From: Atractiella rhizophila
Lineage: Eukaryota
Direction of reading: 5' to 3'
Assembly (NCBI GenBank): GCA_021432655.1
Contig: MU271294.1
Coordinates: 10,106 to 74,105, forward strand
Length of the DNA stretch: 64,000 nt
Shown here: positions 25,030 through 39,570 of the stretch, piece by piece
Layout of the letters: each line of letters begins with the position of its first letter
Numbering within the stretch: the first letter of the stretch is position 1
Translations under genes and position numbers: made by a program
Notes under the pieces: generated by a model
Databases searched by the model: none
What the model saw: only the letters and a program-made list of their open reading frames with translations
Told to the model about the DNA's origin: nothing

Positions 25030-25324
25030 CTCTCGTTCGAAATGCAGTGTAATTTAGGTACTAGTATTGCAAAGGATTTCAGTTCAATTACATATTTTAT
25101 GATGTCCTGTGGCACTATCTGGTAGTCAAGTGCTAGAGAACTAAAGCCTTCAACGTCCGGACTTCCACTTCTTCCACCCAACACCATCCTAATCTGACCT
25201 AGTTGCAAACGGTTGCCTAATCCGCCGACTCTCACGAGCAGTTTTGCCATCCATCTTCACGATTGTGACGTCTGATCCTCGCATGGAGAACGTCGAGATG
25301 GCTGAACAACACGCACTGCAGGCA
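25030..25324 (+). pseudogene. Aborted array unit: promoter block plus exon 1 only, gene body deleted
   Basis: The upstream motif and gagaacgtcgagatggctgaacaac...ctgcaggca are present, then the sequence jumps into spacer sequence. Confidence 0.65.
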
Positions 25325-26540
25325 GAGCACGATAGACACGTCAATGGTGAAAAACTTGGACAGAGGAACAACTTCGGTTGGTGATCGCAGAAGGAAGAGA
25401 GACTGACCGTCCTGGCGTCTCTGCCGCTCCTTTTTTGACATTCGCCAACTCATTTTGCCTCACTTACCCTCTCACTCCACTTCGCATCCCTCTCCGCCTA
25501 TGTTCACGGTTCATTTCCACCAACCTGTCCGCCTTTTCGCATTCTCGCCTCGTTGGCCTTTCCTCTCTGCCGGAGTGTATTTTCTTTCTCCCTTCCTCTC
25601 TCCCTGATACAAGTGTACTTAATAACACGCGCACTAGATCCGTTGCGCTCCCCTTTCTGCTAGTCTCAATCCACCTCCTCTCGCACTCCACCGTCCCTCA
25701 CGCCTCCACCAAGCCTATGGGGCGCACGGACGTCGAATGTGGGTTGAATGCTGGACGTCGGAGAGCGAAAGGGGAAGGAAGAAGTATCACGAAGCCGATA
25801 ATCAACGTGGGATGCCACAGCGACGCCTCGCATTTTCTTTCCAACTTCTGTTCGCACTCCCGTTCGATCCATCCTCGCCCATGTTCCATCCCGCTCTTCT
25901 ACTCTCTCTCCCACCTCATTCTCCTATCCTCCGTTGCACTCCGGCTCGCATTACATAGATCACCTTCGCCCTATGCTTGCTTCGTGACATCGATGTCAAA
26001 AAAGAGATGGCTGATGGACAAAGAGGACGGGAATGTGGGCAGTGATGTGATCAGGCCACAAGTGGACATCTAGGTCGGTCCCTCTCGTGCTCCTAAGCCT
26101 CTGCCATCCATCCCTTTAATCTCCCGCTACTGACTCAAGTGTCATATAACTTCTCGCAAGTGGCCACCTCTGCCTCCTCTGTCATCCTGATTGCTAACTG
26201 CCCTCCCTAATGTCCCAGCCCTTCTCGCCTTGCTCTCACAATCAGATATGGACGAAGCATCAATATCAGGCGTTCTGCCTAGCTCTTGCAGTGTAATTTA
26301 GGTACTGGTATTGCAAGGGATTTCAGTTCTTTTGCATATTTTAGGCTTTCCTGTGAAATTATCTGGTAGTTAGGTGCGAGAGAACCAAAGCCTTCAACGT
26401 CCGGACGCCGACTTCCACCCAAGACCATTCGAATTGCAAACGGCCGCGTAATCCATAGACTCCCACCAACGGTTAGGCGATCTCCATCTTCACGAGTCGT
26501 GATATCTGATTTGCCTGATCATTGCGCGGAGAACGTCGAG

Positions 26541-28380
26541 ATGGTTCAAGTTGGACAATGCACTGATGAGCTGCAGGCATGATGATCTCTCTGCGTTGTC
26601 TTGTTTAATGTGCGTTCGTGGGCTCTAGTCCAGCGTGTTATCCCCAAGAATGAAAAGAAGAAAAACATCGATTTCATGCAAGGATGATCAGGGGACAGAG
26701 TCCATCTCACTGGTCCATCTCATTACCCCAGTAACGGTAGAACATGGCACTCCGATCCACCTCTCCATTCTCTCCTCTTTCCTTTCTCGCCTACCTCCAT
26801 CAATTCACATGCTCCGGATCACATTTGTCTTGCCTAAGGGCTTCCGGAGCGAGTATTATGGGCCGTCGAAATCATCCTACTTCGCTCTGGCAGGTCTCGA
26901 AAATGAAGTCGAACCCGACGGTACAGCGATTCTTTGCATCGCGTTGGAGGAGGAAAGTATTGCGGTGACTTTTGGGGATGCCAAATATTATCTTGCATCC
27001 GTGGATATGGAGCACCTGTTTCACAAGCTCGTCACGTGCACTTTTCATCTTCCAGATAACCGCTCTCAGGTCCTCTTTGAACCCGTTGCCCTATACTCCG
27101 AGAAGAAACACCGTTTCATTCCTCTCAGCGAATGGGAGGAATCAACCATCCCATCCACCGGTCTGGGGACAACCATCCAACTCTCGCTCTCCACAACTCG
27201 ACCTACAAGTATTAGTTTATGCAGTATCACACACCTTCCTACTGAGATCCTCTCACTCATTTTTGAGTTCCTTTCACTTGATGAATATAAACTGCTCATG
27301 GAAGATCTCGAATATGAATATCTCGTTTCCTTCAAGCGACTTTCCGCCGTCTGTCAGCTTTGGAAGGCTGTTTCAGCCCCATATTTGAGTGAAGATGTTT
27401 CTGTGAAGGAGATGCATGCTTGTTTGACAGCTTATCCTAATGCTGGGCATTTGTGGACAGCCCTCCGGTTTGAGAGTGGGCTTGACGATGACATCAGCGT
27501 TGCGATGGTGAAAGACGTTATCGCTGGCTCGCCGAATGTCAGGTATGTGTACATGGGCGCAATTTGGAATGACGAGGAGGCGAAGATTGTGTTGCATGCG
27601 ATTGAAGGCTGGACGAGGTTGGATGACGTAGAGTTTGGAGGGCAAGGTTGGAGAAAGTGGAAGAAGGACGAGATTGAAAATTTTACACGGAGGATGGGTG
27701 ACAGGATCAGAACCTTCCGTGCTGAAGACGTCACGGACTCTGGCTCGTCGACATCACCGGGCCTTCAGTTATCATCTAACCTCAAAAGCCTAACACTTCG
27801 CGCGTACCCACCTCTCCCATCGATCTCTCTCCCACTCTCCCTCACATATTTGCATCTCTTCAAGCTGTGTCCCCTCCCTCCCGCCGTCTCAGGTTCCTGT
27901 CTGCCGCCTCTCCTAGAAGATCTCGCGATAACGCTCGCCCCCTACTCGCCTGATGGAAAGATCTCCATCCTCACCAAACCGCTCAACCTATCACACCTCA
28001 AACATCTCACCCGACTCTACCTCGACGGTGGTGAGGAAACTTCAAGCCTTGTTTCCCCCCAGTTCTTCCACACCCTCAGAAATGCAAAAGCGATTCTAAC
28101 CATAAATGTTCGGTACTGTGTGTTGGACTGGGCGGTCACAGGGTTCGTATTCTCCGATTTCATCCGCTGGTTCTTTGGGGACAGGGGGGTGAAGGAGGAG
28201 GGGGATACGGTGGATGGAGCTGAAAAGGTGAAGACGACGAGAGGACGCAAGTTGAGGGTTCAGCTATTCTTTGGAGGGTGGCTCGAGGAAGAGATATTCA
28301 AAGCTAGGAGCGCATTGAGAGAGTTTGGTGTGAGCGAGCAGGATAAAAGTACATGGGTTCGGGAAGGAGGGGGGAAGTGA
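26541..28380 (+). CDS. F-box/LRR-like protein, copy 3 (exon 1 26541-26576; GC-AG intron 26577-26628)
   Basis: HLPTEILSLIFEFL...RLSAVCQLWKAV plus LRR-like repeats. Intact 581-codon frame. Confidence 0.85.
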
Positions 28381-29214
28381 TGCTGGAGGTACTCAATTTC
28401 ATCGGTGTTCCAGAGAAGAAAGCGAAGAAGGTGTGCAGTTCGTATCCATCTCTCCATCTAACGCAGAATTGAAATGATGCGGTTTCATACAGGACGACGT
28501 CAATCATCCATCCCCTAGCTCTATTCATCCTATCACATCTCGCAAATCTCTCCTTCGTGCCCAACACCTCACGCTCGAACAATTGCAAGGAATCTTCAAC
28601 CCCGTTCGCACCAAATCCTTCTGCATGCACTGTTAGAGTCCAATGTCGTTAAAGTTTCCTAAGTCCTACTTCCCGGAGGAGTGATTCGGTTTCCCAAAGT
28701 TTATCAAAGAGGGATGTGGACAATGATGGATGGGGGGGAGGGGGGAGGCTTATTTAGTTCCTTGCAGAGGTATGAGGAGATTCGGTTTGTGAGGAGAATG
28801 CTGTCTGTGTGTATTACGGGTGTCTACTCTCAGGCAAACAATTCACTGGCTCGCTGTAAAAGGGTTTAAGACATCAAATTCCGCCCAGAAAGTGTCACAA
28901 TGTGGTCTCTTGCTTAAGCTGTTCTCACGATTGACGATGACTGTTGCGTTCCGATGATGGACCAGTTGGCACCTGCCGTCGGAGGTCGAAGACGTGGTAC
29001 AAGGCCAACGATGGAATTCCTTCAGCCCCTGGTTGAAGGACCAAGTTCCCATCTTGTTGTCCCTTCATTCCTTAATCTTTGTCCAAAGAGTTCCATTTAA
29101 GCATTCTTCGAGGTTCGGTCATTGTCGTGATTGCGTTCTCTTCATCCTCTACCTTCGCTTCCTGGAAACGTACATCACCCGGTGTCAACGTCAGAACATC
29201 ACAGCAAAAGGGAG

Positions 29215-30480
29215 AGACGAACCTGAGCAGCCCTAAGAGCACAGATTGCATTTTGAACTTAAAGCGATGTGTGATGGCGACTCATCAGTCTACGAGGCCA
29301 GGCCCCTAGGGAATAAATTAATTGCTTGCTCATAACACCCTGGTCAGTATTCATTGAGCAACTCATTAACTATGAAGCGTCAGAACGAAGTATAGTGCAA
29401 CAGTAGGTCGGACCGGAGAGAACCGTTGGCGGTCACCTCCTTCGTGAGGATGGCAAGTGACGGGCACCACCTGGACGCACTTGATGCCATGCCGACTTGG
29501 ACGTATGTTCCGCCGTCCTTGGCGAGGTAGACAGTCTGCATGCAGGCCTGTTCTCGTCCGTCCATCACTATCAGTACACCGATTTGCAAAGTGTAGGATG
29601 GAAAGGGAAAGCAAGGGCAAACACACCTCGCCGCCGTGCAGTCGACGGGGAGGTCGTAACCCTGCAATCCCCTCTCTGCAACCTTGGGCTCCTCCGCGAG
29701 CCGCGAGCCTCCTCGAATGCCCTATCCTCTGCTCTCCGTCATCCGCTAAACCACAAACGCAAAAAGGACAGAAACGTGAGACATGTCGTGCATCAGAGAC
29801 GTTAGAGTTGGACGCACATTTGGCAGGCATGACAGTCTCCGATCCCACATACCTGTTTGCGAAGTGAGCCTGCCACTCTGGGATGTCGACCGCGATTATC
29901 CTTCTAGTATCTAACGGCCTCGCACCTGCCTATGCGAGGAGCACCCTTAGACTGGCTGTTCAGTTATTAGCTTTTATTCGAAGGGGACAGCAGAAATGGA
30001 GGAGCAGAACCCGAAGAAGGTAAAATTCAACCTTCAGCCCCACTTTCGTTCCGCGATATGTGCTATGCTTTTGAATGAGCACAGGGTATTGTTCGATCCG
30101 CTCTATCTTCTAATGAGATGTCTGTTACCACACCAGTAGTCTGTTATACGACATATTCGACGGGAGTAGAGGGCTTGAAACGTACATTGGGAAATCTGTA
30201 GGCTCTGTCATCACGGACACCATAAGTCAGCGTTTGGAGAGCAGACATGTAAGGAAAATAATGAGCAGGTCTCGCCGTAGTCTGTAGAAGCACGCAGCGT
30301 CCAGCCTGCCAACCAATGTAATCAGCACGAAGCTGCGTACCAGGAAGAGGAGAGAACGAAGAGGGAAAGCTCACGGAAGGAAAGGTAGCGAGGAACTCGA
30401 CGAAGCGACAGAGCTAGCACCTTCCCGCAGTGGAGTCGTAGCACGTCCTACGTGACTCTCCGCGCTCGAGGGCGGTGCAG
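29215..30480 (-). pseudogene. Sorbitol/xylitol dehydrogenase pseudogene C
   Basis: ACMQTVYLAKDGGTYVQVGMA, AILTKEVTANGSLR and ALERGESRRTCYDSTAGRC-stop-LC. Disrupted. Confidence 0.75.
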
Positions 30481-30549
30481 TCTCCTTGAAATCATCTCAA
30501 CTCTCTGCCCATTTACATGACCAAGTGTCAACTTTAGAGCAATCGCGGG

Positions 30550-30800
30550 AGCAGGGAGAGACGAACCTGAGCGGTCTTAATTCGCGCATTGCATCTTTGA
30601 GCTTGTAGCAATGAGTAGTGGGCGGCGGCTTCAAGCCTACATGGTCCCTAGCGATGCTTGCTCGCTAACTGATTATGCACAGGAAGTACGAGGGAGGATG
30701 GACCGGGAGGCACCATAGAAAGTCACTTCTGCCTTGAGGATGGCGGCGATGAGCTCTTGGTCGAAATCACTGCCCATCCCCACTTAGACGTTAACGCAAA
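30550..30800 (-). pseudogene. Sorbitol/xylitol dehydrogenase pseudogene, 3' fragment D
   Basis: V-stop-VGMGSD...AAILKAEVTFYG and THCYKLKDAM, similar to the 3' ends of B and C. Confidence 0.55.
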
Positions 30801-30811
30801 TGTTGAATAAA

Positions 30812-31910
30812 TTACCTGTCGACAATCGGCAGTCGAGAACGGCGAGGCCAGAAGCTAGAAGGAGGAGGAAGAGACGCTGTCCAGATTTTTCGGTACAAAC
30901 TGACCGCATCTTCCTCCACATTCCCATCCTTTCTAAGAGTCATATCCTTCGCTTCCTCCTTACTCTTCGGCGCTGGTCCATCCTCCTTCTTGACATCTGA
31001 AACCAAACCCAACTTCATTCTTTCGCCGAAGATAAGGAATAGAGATCCTACTTTCAACTGCCTACTGTTGGGCTGAGCAAATAAGAAATCGACAGGAGGT
31101 GTCTGTAGCTGCCTTGCTGATTTGGGCTCTGGTAAGGGCAATGGAGGGATAGAAAGCGGCTGCAGACAAGGAATAAGTGTAAGCGTCGGTGTTTCTTCAC
31201 TCTGCCGCATTCCTTCTCTCCTATATGGTAACACCGAGGGTGAAGAGGTAGAACCAGCCACATCATTCAACATCACTGGAGCAGTGAGGCCTGGGCCAGC
31301 TGGCGCAGATGCTGGCACAGGAGATGGTGCTAGTGAGGTAGAAGCATCGGCTAGAGAGGTCAACGTTCACTGGAGTTGCAGCTGGAGGAAAGACAGAAGG
31401 GTTTGGAGCCGGAGGGTAGAAACGGCCGTAGAGGATGTCTGTTGTTGCGAGTGCTGAAGGAGCAGGAGTATGCTTCTTGCCGAGATCACACCACCCATCG
31501 TCTTTTAGTGGAGGCTGGGACAGAATGGAAGTTCTCACCTTGATCTGATATACGAATGGTCTCGGTGGGTTGACCCATCAATGCACCAACGCCGTTGCAG
31601 TGATGGGGAACTCTTCAGGGCGTTGCCAGTGTTTCTCCCTTGTACTTATATGGAGTGCCTGAAGAGCTCAAATATCATGTATCTTTGTCTCCATTAGTGT
31701 TCACCAGAGACAAACGAAAGAGAAACTCACTCAAGATGTCTGTCTAAGTAAGGAGACCTTGGCTCCTCGTCATTGACACTATCGAGATTGATACTCCGTT
31801 GCCCACCTTCTCCCTCCCTCTTCCTGTAGCTCCATCATGTGGCACATATTCGCACCTTGTCCTCCGGCTTCAGCTTCATATTCGCAATCCAATCTACTTA
31901 TCCCCTTCCC
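30812..31910 (-). pseudogene. Decayed spliced gene of unknown family with Pro/Ser-rich 3' part, paralogous to 9950-10400
   Basis: GT-AG junction-like sites at ~31538 and ~31730, overlapping Pro-rich ORFs in different frames, and similarity to the 10-kb region. Confidence 0.35.
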
Positions 31911-34900
31911 ATCGTTGAACTGCCGTGAAAGCGAGATGCGTCAAGAGACAGTCACTATATCTGCGAACGCTCCATACGCATGAGGAAGGTGTCGAATGTG
32001 GAATTGAGAACAGCAGTCTTAGGAGCATCTGTCGCAATAATATCTTTCATTGGTGTTTTTGCCCGGCATTTGGGGGGAAAGGTTGACATTGGTCATTGAT
32101 AACTGGAAATGATGATTTGATGCTTTCACATCAACGGGATCATGAACTCGCTGGAATCTTCACCACCTCTAACGTTGAGACAAGGGGGCAGTTAGGGTTA
32201 ACTCTCCTGCTCAGGAGTCTCCTTCAGCCACCGTTCCATGCGTGTGGAAGGAAGACACGGACAGCTGGAAGGCACCACAGTATAGACCGTACACGAAGTA
32301 CAGAGAGCGACGTGTTGCCATGATAAATGGGAGTTACTCTCCCAACCGATTGGAGATATGGAAGGTATGTTTGCAGCTGGAGAGCATCGATCAGCTCTGC
32401 AATGTCTGTGCATAAAACCTCCAGCAGCAATTCTACTTTGAGAGGCTCTCAGCAGCATTCTCGACATATCACAGTATAACCAACGCTTCGCAATGAAGAA
32501 GAACGCACAAGTTAATGCCGTTGATCAGCTTCCTCTCAGTCTCATTCCTACCAACTCCATCTCTTAGTCTAGTCTGCTTAAAAACATCAACCGCTACAGG
32601 GGAAGGGGGAACACGGTGGGGAGGCGTAAATCGCGACAGCCTCTGTTCGGGTAGATCGTTGCGTGAAAGTGTCACGAAGTTGAACGATGTTCTACGATCG
32701 CCAGAATGTCGATGACGCTGCGAGCAGCTCCTTTTCTGTCATCTCCTTCGACCTCCGCAGCAGCCTCCAGTACACCGACTCTTCTTCGCGCTTTCTATAC
32801 TTCATCGCCGTCTATCGTATCTCCGCCGTCGTTCTCGCCATTCACGCTTTCAGTTCGCTGCTTTCTCGCAGGCTTCACCTCTCTCGATGTCGCGTCCTCT
32901 CGTCCATCCCATCCACAGCCTCCTTCACTCTGGCTGGTTCTGGTGTCCCTCTCCTGATTCAGCCCCCTTCGTCAACCCTCCAGCTCGCTCTCCTCTACAT
33001 TCGTCTTCCACTTCCGCTATCCTCCACCGTCCTCTTTTGCTCATGTACCCTTCCACTCGCGAAGGCCGCTGTAATCGGTATACGCTGGTGTGAGCGAGCG
33101 ATGAATGGACAAGGACAATCAGTGAGAAGATGGGAGGGGACGTGAGATGCATTGTGAACAGATGGTACGTAATGGTAGGTGAAGTATCACGGGGATTGAA
33201 AGGGGAGAGCGAAGCCTGAGGGTGGCATAGCACGACAAAGGAGGCATGTAGTAGAGGGCTAGAGCGAGCGAGGAATGGCGAAAGGGCGGCCAGGTATGGA
33301 TCATACTACGGTCAACGGAGGGTAAACACTTTTATAGCGAAGAGAGGTGGGAGAAAAGAGGTGACGCTCCCTCCCCTCTTCCTCTTTTGCATTTGTGCTT
33401 ATTGACATAGGGATCAGGTTCCTCGCCCCCTGAACAAGGACGCTCGTCACCCGCCTCCCTCTTGCAGCGCTGTACCGCTTCAGTGGGGCTTTGAAGCGAC
33501 AGAGCAGTGCGAAAGAAGCGTGGTAGGCAAAAGGAGATGAGTGGGCGCTGTGTGAGCGACTAGTCTCGATACCTCTGTCCAACCTATCCTACTTTCCCAT
33601 GACCCTCGCCCAGCTTCTCTCGCTCCAGCATCCCTCTTTCCTCGCCTCCGTGCTCTTTTCGTCGTCCATCATAGTCCACTTCTCCAGCAACCTCTATGCC
33701 GTCCGAAATGAACGGCGAGTGCGTCGGATCGTGGAAGCAGAGGACAGAGGTGGCAGAACAGGTCGAGCATTGCGATGGACAATGGAGAAGCATGGCATGC
33801 TTTCTCTCACCCACCATGGCCCTCCCGTTTCACCTCGCTCTCCAACACCATCGCTCAAGCCCGCTTCCGCCGTACTTCACCTCAAACCGACTTGCTTCAC
33901 ACTAGACATCAGAAACCAGCCGCGAAGCGTAGGGGCATGTGATGGAAGACTGCGACGCCGACTGTCCCCAACTCACGCCGCCATCTTGCGCCGTCACGGC
34001 TTGTTCTCCACCATTGGCTAGAAAAGTCACCCTCCCTCCACTGCGGCCTTTACCTTCTGGTCATTTAAAATCAACCTAGAACACGGACAACACATCAAGT
34101 AGCAAGAAGGTAGACGGAGGGGACGACGGTTGGTGAAAAGGATCGTGCCAGCATTCTCCCACTCTCCCCCATCTCCTTTGACCTCGCCTACCCTCTCACT
34201 CTGCCTCACATCCCTGTCTGCCAACGTTCACCCTTTATTTCGCCTTCCACCAACGCCTCCGCCTCTTTCGCATTACGGCCACATTGGGGCATTTCTTTCT
34301 GCTGGCAGTGTATTTCGTTTCTCCCTTCCTCTCTCCAGCTACGAGTGTCCTAACTGACATGCACACACTACGTCCCTTGCTCCGCCGCTCCCCTTTCTAG
34401 GCAGTCCCACTCCACCTCCTATCGCACTCCACCGGCCCTCACGCCTCCACCAGGCCCGTAGCTCGGAAGTTGAGCGCGCACTGGAGGTTAAACGTTCGAT
34501 AGCGAAAGCGAAAGGAGGAAGTGACAACGGGTCCATATCAAGATGGGATGTCGGAGGTATGCGTCATACTTTGTCTCCCCGATCCGTTCGCACTCCCTCG
34601 CCATCCCTCGTCATCCTATGCCTCCCCCATGTCCCCATGCCTCCCTCCTAGTCCTCTCTCACCTCATACCCTCCTTCTGTTGCACTCTGGCTTGCACTTC
34701 ATGGCTCCTTTTCCACCCACGCTTGCTTCATGACATCAAGGGCAACAATGAAATGGCTGATGGAGAAAGAGGAGGGCAAAGTGTGCAGTGTTACATCAAG
34801 GACCACAAGGGACATCTAGGTAGGTCGTCTCGTGCTCCTGAACCTCCGTCCTCCATCCCTCTTGTCTCCCGCTAGTGACTCAAGTGTCCTCTACGTTCCA

Positions 34901-35308
34901 GAAGTAGTTTCCTCTGCCTCCTCTGTCATCCATACAGGTAACTGCCTCCCTAACTGTCCCATGTCCCAGCCACATCTAGCCTTTCCTCTCACAATCAATC
35001 ATTACGGAACGAAGCATCAATATCACAGCGTTCTGCACTAGCTCTGGTTGATTTGCAGTGTAATTTAGGTACTAGTATTGCAAAGGATGCTTTTACATAT
35101 TTTAGGACTTCCTGCAGCACTATCTGGTAGTCAAGTGCTAGAGAACTAAAGCCTTCAAGGTCCGGACGCCCACTTCCACCAACACCATCCTAATCCGTCC
35201 TAATTGCAACGATCGCCTAATCCATCGACTCCACGAACAGTTCCAGGATCTCCATCTTCACGAGTAGTGATATCTGATCTGCCTGATCATTGCGCGGAGA
35301 GCGTCGAG

Positions 35309-37137
35309 ATGGTTCAAGTTGGACAATGCACTGATGCGCTGGAGGCATGATCCCATCTCTCCCCTTGTTGTCTCGTTTAATGTGCGTTTGTGGGCTTTAG
35401 TCCAGCTTGTTATCTCCAAGAATGAAAAGAAGAAAAACATCGATTTCATGCAAGGATGATCAGGGGACAGAGTCCATCGCACTGGTCCATCTCACTACCC
35501 CAGTAATGTTAGAACGTGGCACTCCGATCCAGCTCTCCATTCTCTCCTCTTTCCTTTCTCACCTACCTCCATCAATTCACATGCTCCGGATCACATTTGT
35601 CTTGCCTATTGGCTTCTGGAGCAAGGATTATGGGCCGTCGAAATCATCCTACTTCTCTCTGGCAGGTTTTGAAAATGAAGTCGAACCCGACGGTACAGTG
35701 ATTCTTTGCATCGCGTTGGAGGAGGAAAGTATTGCGGTGACATTTGGGGATGCCAAATATCTTGCATCCGTGCATATGGATGACCTGGACGTGCAACCCT
35801 TCACATGCACGTTTCGCCTCCCAGATAATCGCTCTGAGGCCATCTTCGACCCCGTCGCCCTATACTCATACTCCGAGGGGCAACAGCGTTTCATCCCTCT
35901 CAGCGAATGGGGATCAACCATCCCATCCACCGTTCTGTGGACAACCATCCAACTCTCCCTCTCCACAACGCGACCTCCAGGTATTCATTTCTGCAGTATC
36001 ACACACCTTCCTACTGAGATCCTCTCACTCATCTTCGAGTTTCTTTCATTCGATGAATCTGAATCTGAATATCTCGTTTCCTTCGAGCGACTTTCTGCCG
36101 TCTGTCAGCTTTGGAAGGCTATTTCAGTCCCTTATCTGCGTAAAGGTGTTTCTGTGAAGGAGCTGCATGCTCGTTTGACAGCTTATCCTAATGCCGGGCG
36201 TTTGTGGACATCCCTCTGGTTTGAGAGAGGGGTTGATGATGACATCAGCGGTGAGATGGCGAAGGACGTCATTGCAGGCTCGCCAAATGTGACGGAGGTT
36301 TGGATGGATGCATTGTGGAATGAAGAGGAGGCGAAGATTGTGTTGAATGCAATTGAAGGCCTGAGAAAGTTGGATTCCGTAACCTTTGGAAGGCAAGGTT
36401 GGAGAAAGTGGAAGAAGGATGAGGTTGAGAATTTTATGCAGAGGATGGGTGGCAGGATCAGATTCTTCCGACCTCACAACGTGGAGGACTCTGCCTCGTC
36501 GACATCACCAGGCCTTCAATTATCATCTGACCTCAAATCACTAGAGCTTTACAAATACCCGCCTCTCCCATCGCTCTCTCTCCCACTCACTCTCACGGAT
36601 TTGTATCTCTCCAACCTGTGTCCCCTCCCTCCCTCCGTCTCCGGCTCCTGTCTGCCGCCTCTTCTATCGTATCTAGACATCACGCTCGCCCCCTACTCGC
36701 CTGATGGAAAGACCTCCATCCTACCCAATCCACTCGATTTATCACACCTCAAACATCTCACCCGACTCCACCTCGACGGTGGTGAGGAAACTTCAAACCT
36801 CGTTTCCCCCCAGTTCTTCCACACCCTTACAAATGCAAAAGCGATAAGACACATAGATGTTCGGTATTGTGTGGTGGACTGGGGATTCACAGGGTTCGTA
36901 TTCTCAGACTTCATCTGCTGGTTCTGTGGGGACAGGGGGGTGGAGGAGGAGGCGGATAAGGTGGATGGAGCTGAAAACGTGAAGAGGATAGGAGGACGCG
37001 TGTTGAGGATTCAGCTATTCTTCGGAGCGTGGCTTGAGGAAGCGATATGTACAGCCAGAAGCATGTTGAGAGAGTTTGGGGTTATCGAGGGGGATTACTG
37101 GGTATGGATTCGGGAGGGTGGAGAGGAGCGACACTGA
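35309..37137 (+). CDS. F-box/LRR-like protein, copy 4 (exon 1 35309-35344; GC-AG intron 35345-35400)
   Basis: HLPTEILSLIFEFL...RLSAVCQLWKAI plus LRR-like repeats. Intact frame. Confidence 0.85.
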
Positions 37138-38089
37138 GGATGCACATATTTCCCACTTGTGTTCTAAAGGACACACGAGAGTGAAGGTACGATGTTCATA
37201 ACACTACAGGCTCTAACGCAGCATTGAAAATGAGTGACTAGGGATAGGCAGGAGTTGATAGCGGAGCCAGGCTGTGGCATTCACGCCGCACAGCCCACGT
37301 TAGGGACGATTCCCTTATCCGTTCAACTTGCCAAACACTCAATCAGGCTAGCGTCCCTTGTCCTGACTGATTGTGACGAATCTTCGGGCCTAATTTGTAC
37401 CAGTTTTTCTGTGCACACTGTTGACATCTGATGCGATTAAAGGCATAGCTGTGTCGTACTGCGTGGAGGGAGTCGGTTTCCCAGTCTTTATCTGCTGGTT
37501 CTTGGGGATCAGGAAACGAAGGATATGGGCCATGACGGCAATGGATGGGACGGAGTAGAATTGCTGGTTCATGATTATTTCAGTCCTTGAGAAAGCTTTA
37601 GCGCATGAAGAGATGGGGTTTGTGAGGAGGACGCTCTCTACGTGTATTATGGTTGTCTTCTCTCATGCAAACAACTTCTGCCGATTCCCCTTAAAAGCGC
37701 CAAAGACATTAAGTCTGTCAAACATTGCCACAATGGAAGGACGCTGATTCACCCTTTGAGTCTTGCTTGAGTTGTTCTTACGGTTGACGACGGACTCGTG
37801 CATTGAAGGATGGATAACTTAGGAGAAGAGAAGGCTGTAGTCGAAGATCGAAGATGCGATATAACAATGGTACCATTCTTTGGACCTTTGTGGTAGCACA
37901 AATCCATATTTGTGCTCCTTCATTTCCGTAATGGTTCTGAGAGTTGCATGCACGTAGTTGCAAGGTTCAATCATTGTCGTAATCCATTGATGACACTCTT
38001 TATCGCGTCCCCCCACATCCTGCCCCTTCGTGTCGTATAGAGCGAACCCTTATCACCAGATATTCAACTTTGTGACATCGAGGCGGAAG

Positions 38090-39570
38090 AGAACACGGGA
38101 GATGAGCCTGCATTGTCTTAAAGGCGCGAGTTGCATTTTTGAACTTGTAGCGCTGTATTTCGAGCGACTTCAAGTCGACAAGAGCCCTAGCAACCAGATC
38201 AATCACTGGCTCAACTCTCTTAGCCCTTATCTATCACGCAAATCAATCACCAACCCGGAAGTTTCGGAAATGCGTACAAGCAGTAGAAGGAGAAGCAACA
38301 GAAGAAAGGAGCCTTCCTTCATGAGGATGACGGTGATGGGAGCTTGGACGAACTCGTACCCATTCCGACCCGGGCCACGTTCTGCCTTCCTCTACAAGAT
38401 AGAAGGCGGTCTGGATGCACGCCTGTTCTCATTCGTGCATCGATACACCAATATCCAAAAGTGCAGAACGGGAGTGACGGAGAAACGGACCTCAGCCTGC
38501 GGCCAGGTCGATGCCATCCAGCCCGGTCTGCAACCTTGACCTCCTCCTTCATGCTCTCTGCGACCCTCCCCGAATACGCGATCCTGTACTTACTCTCCCT
38601 CCTCCGCTAAACCACGACCGCAAACACGACACACGCAAAAAGAAACGTAAGACAAAACACGCATAACAGACATGAGAATTGGACGCACGTTGCGGAGGAA
38701 CAAACTCCTCCGATCCCACATACTCTTCGCGAAAGCCAGCTTACGCCCTTGGATGTCGACCGTGATGTCTTTCGAGCGTCTCGCGACTGACCGTTCGAGA
38801 AGTCCAACGGGACCAGTGCTTCACAACAACGTTATTATTTGTTATTCACAAGACAGAGGAGCAGTAGGGGAGGGGGAGGAAACGAATCCACGGATCGCTC
38901 CGTTCAACCATGCCTTCATCCCCCATACGTGCCAGGCTCTGAACATCCACAGAAAGTGGTTCCGATCATCTTTCCTTCGTCTACGAAACATTCTATCCAG
39001 TCAATTTCGTTATAGAAGACATTTTAGGGGGCAGAGGGAATGAAATGCACATTTTGAAGTTTGCAGGCACTCCAGCATAGACATGATAAGTGAGCGATCA
39101 AAGAGAGCAGTAGACAAGAGGGAGCGGTCGTACACGTCGCCTTGGAGATTGTAGAACCCTTCGAGAGTTCCGTCCTGTCATCCAGTGATGTTAGGACCCA
39201 AACATGTACCACAGAAGGAGAGGAAAACTCACGAAAGGAGGAGTAGCGGCGAACTTGATGGAAGGCATTGCTCTTGCCTTCCCGCTTCGCAGTCGTAAGA
39301 CGTCCTAAAAGTCACTGTCAGGGCTAAAGTGCGACGCGATCTCTCTTCTTGATGTGTGTGATTTTGGGCCAAACTATGTTCATTTCGCAAGTGGATGAGA
39401 GACGAGAGAGGAGAGGTGGAAACGTACCAGCAACGACTACGCCACTATGCCAGCAGTTTCATGCCCAAGACGATAGGATCTTTGCTTGACATCTGGGGTC
39501 TTCCCATTAGCGGAAGTCGGCTCAAAGGCGCCCTTGCGTGAATCCTGCATCCATCCGTTGATTAGTTGCA
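38090..39570 (-). pseudogene. Sorbitol/xylitol dehydrogenase pseudogene E (close duplicate of B, with a 5' end like A)
   Basis: Near-identical to 21150-22430 including shared lesions. The 5' part matches 15600-15740. Confidence 0.8.
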
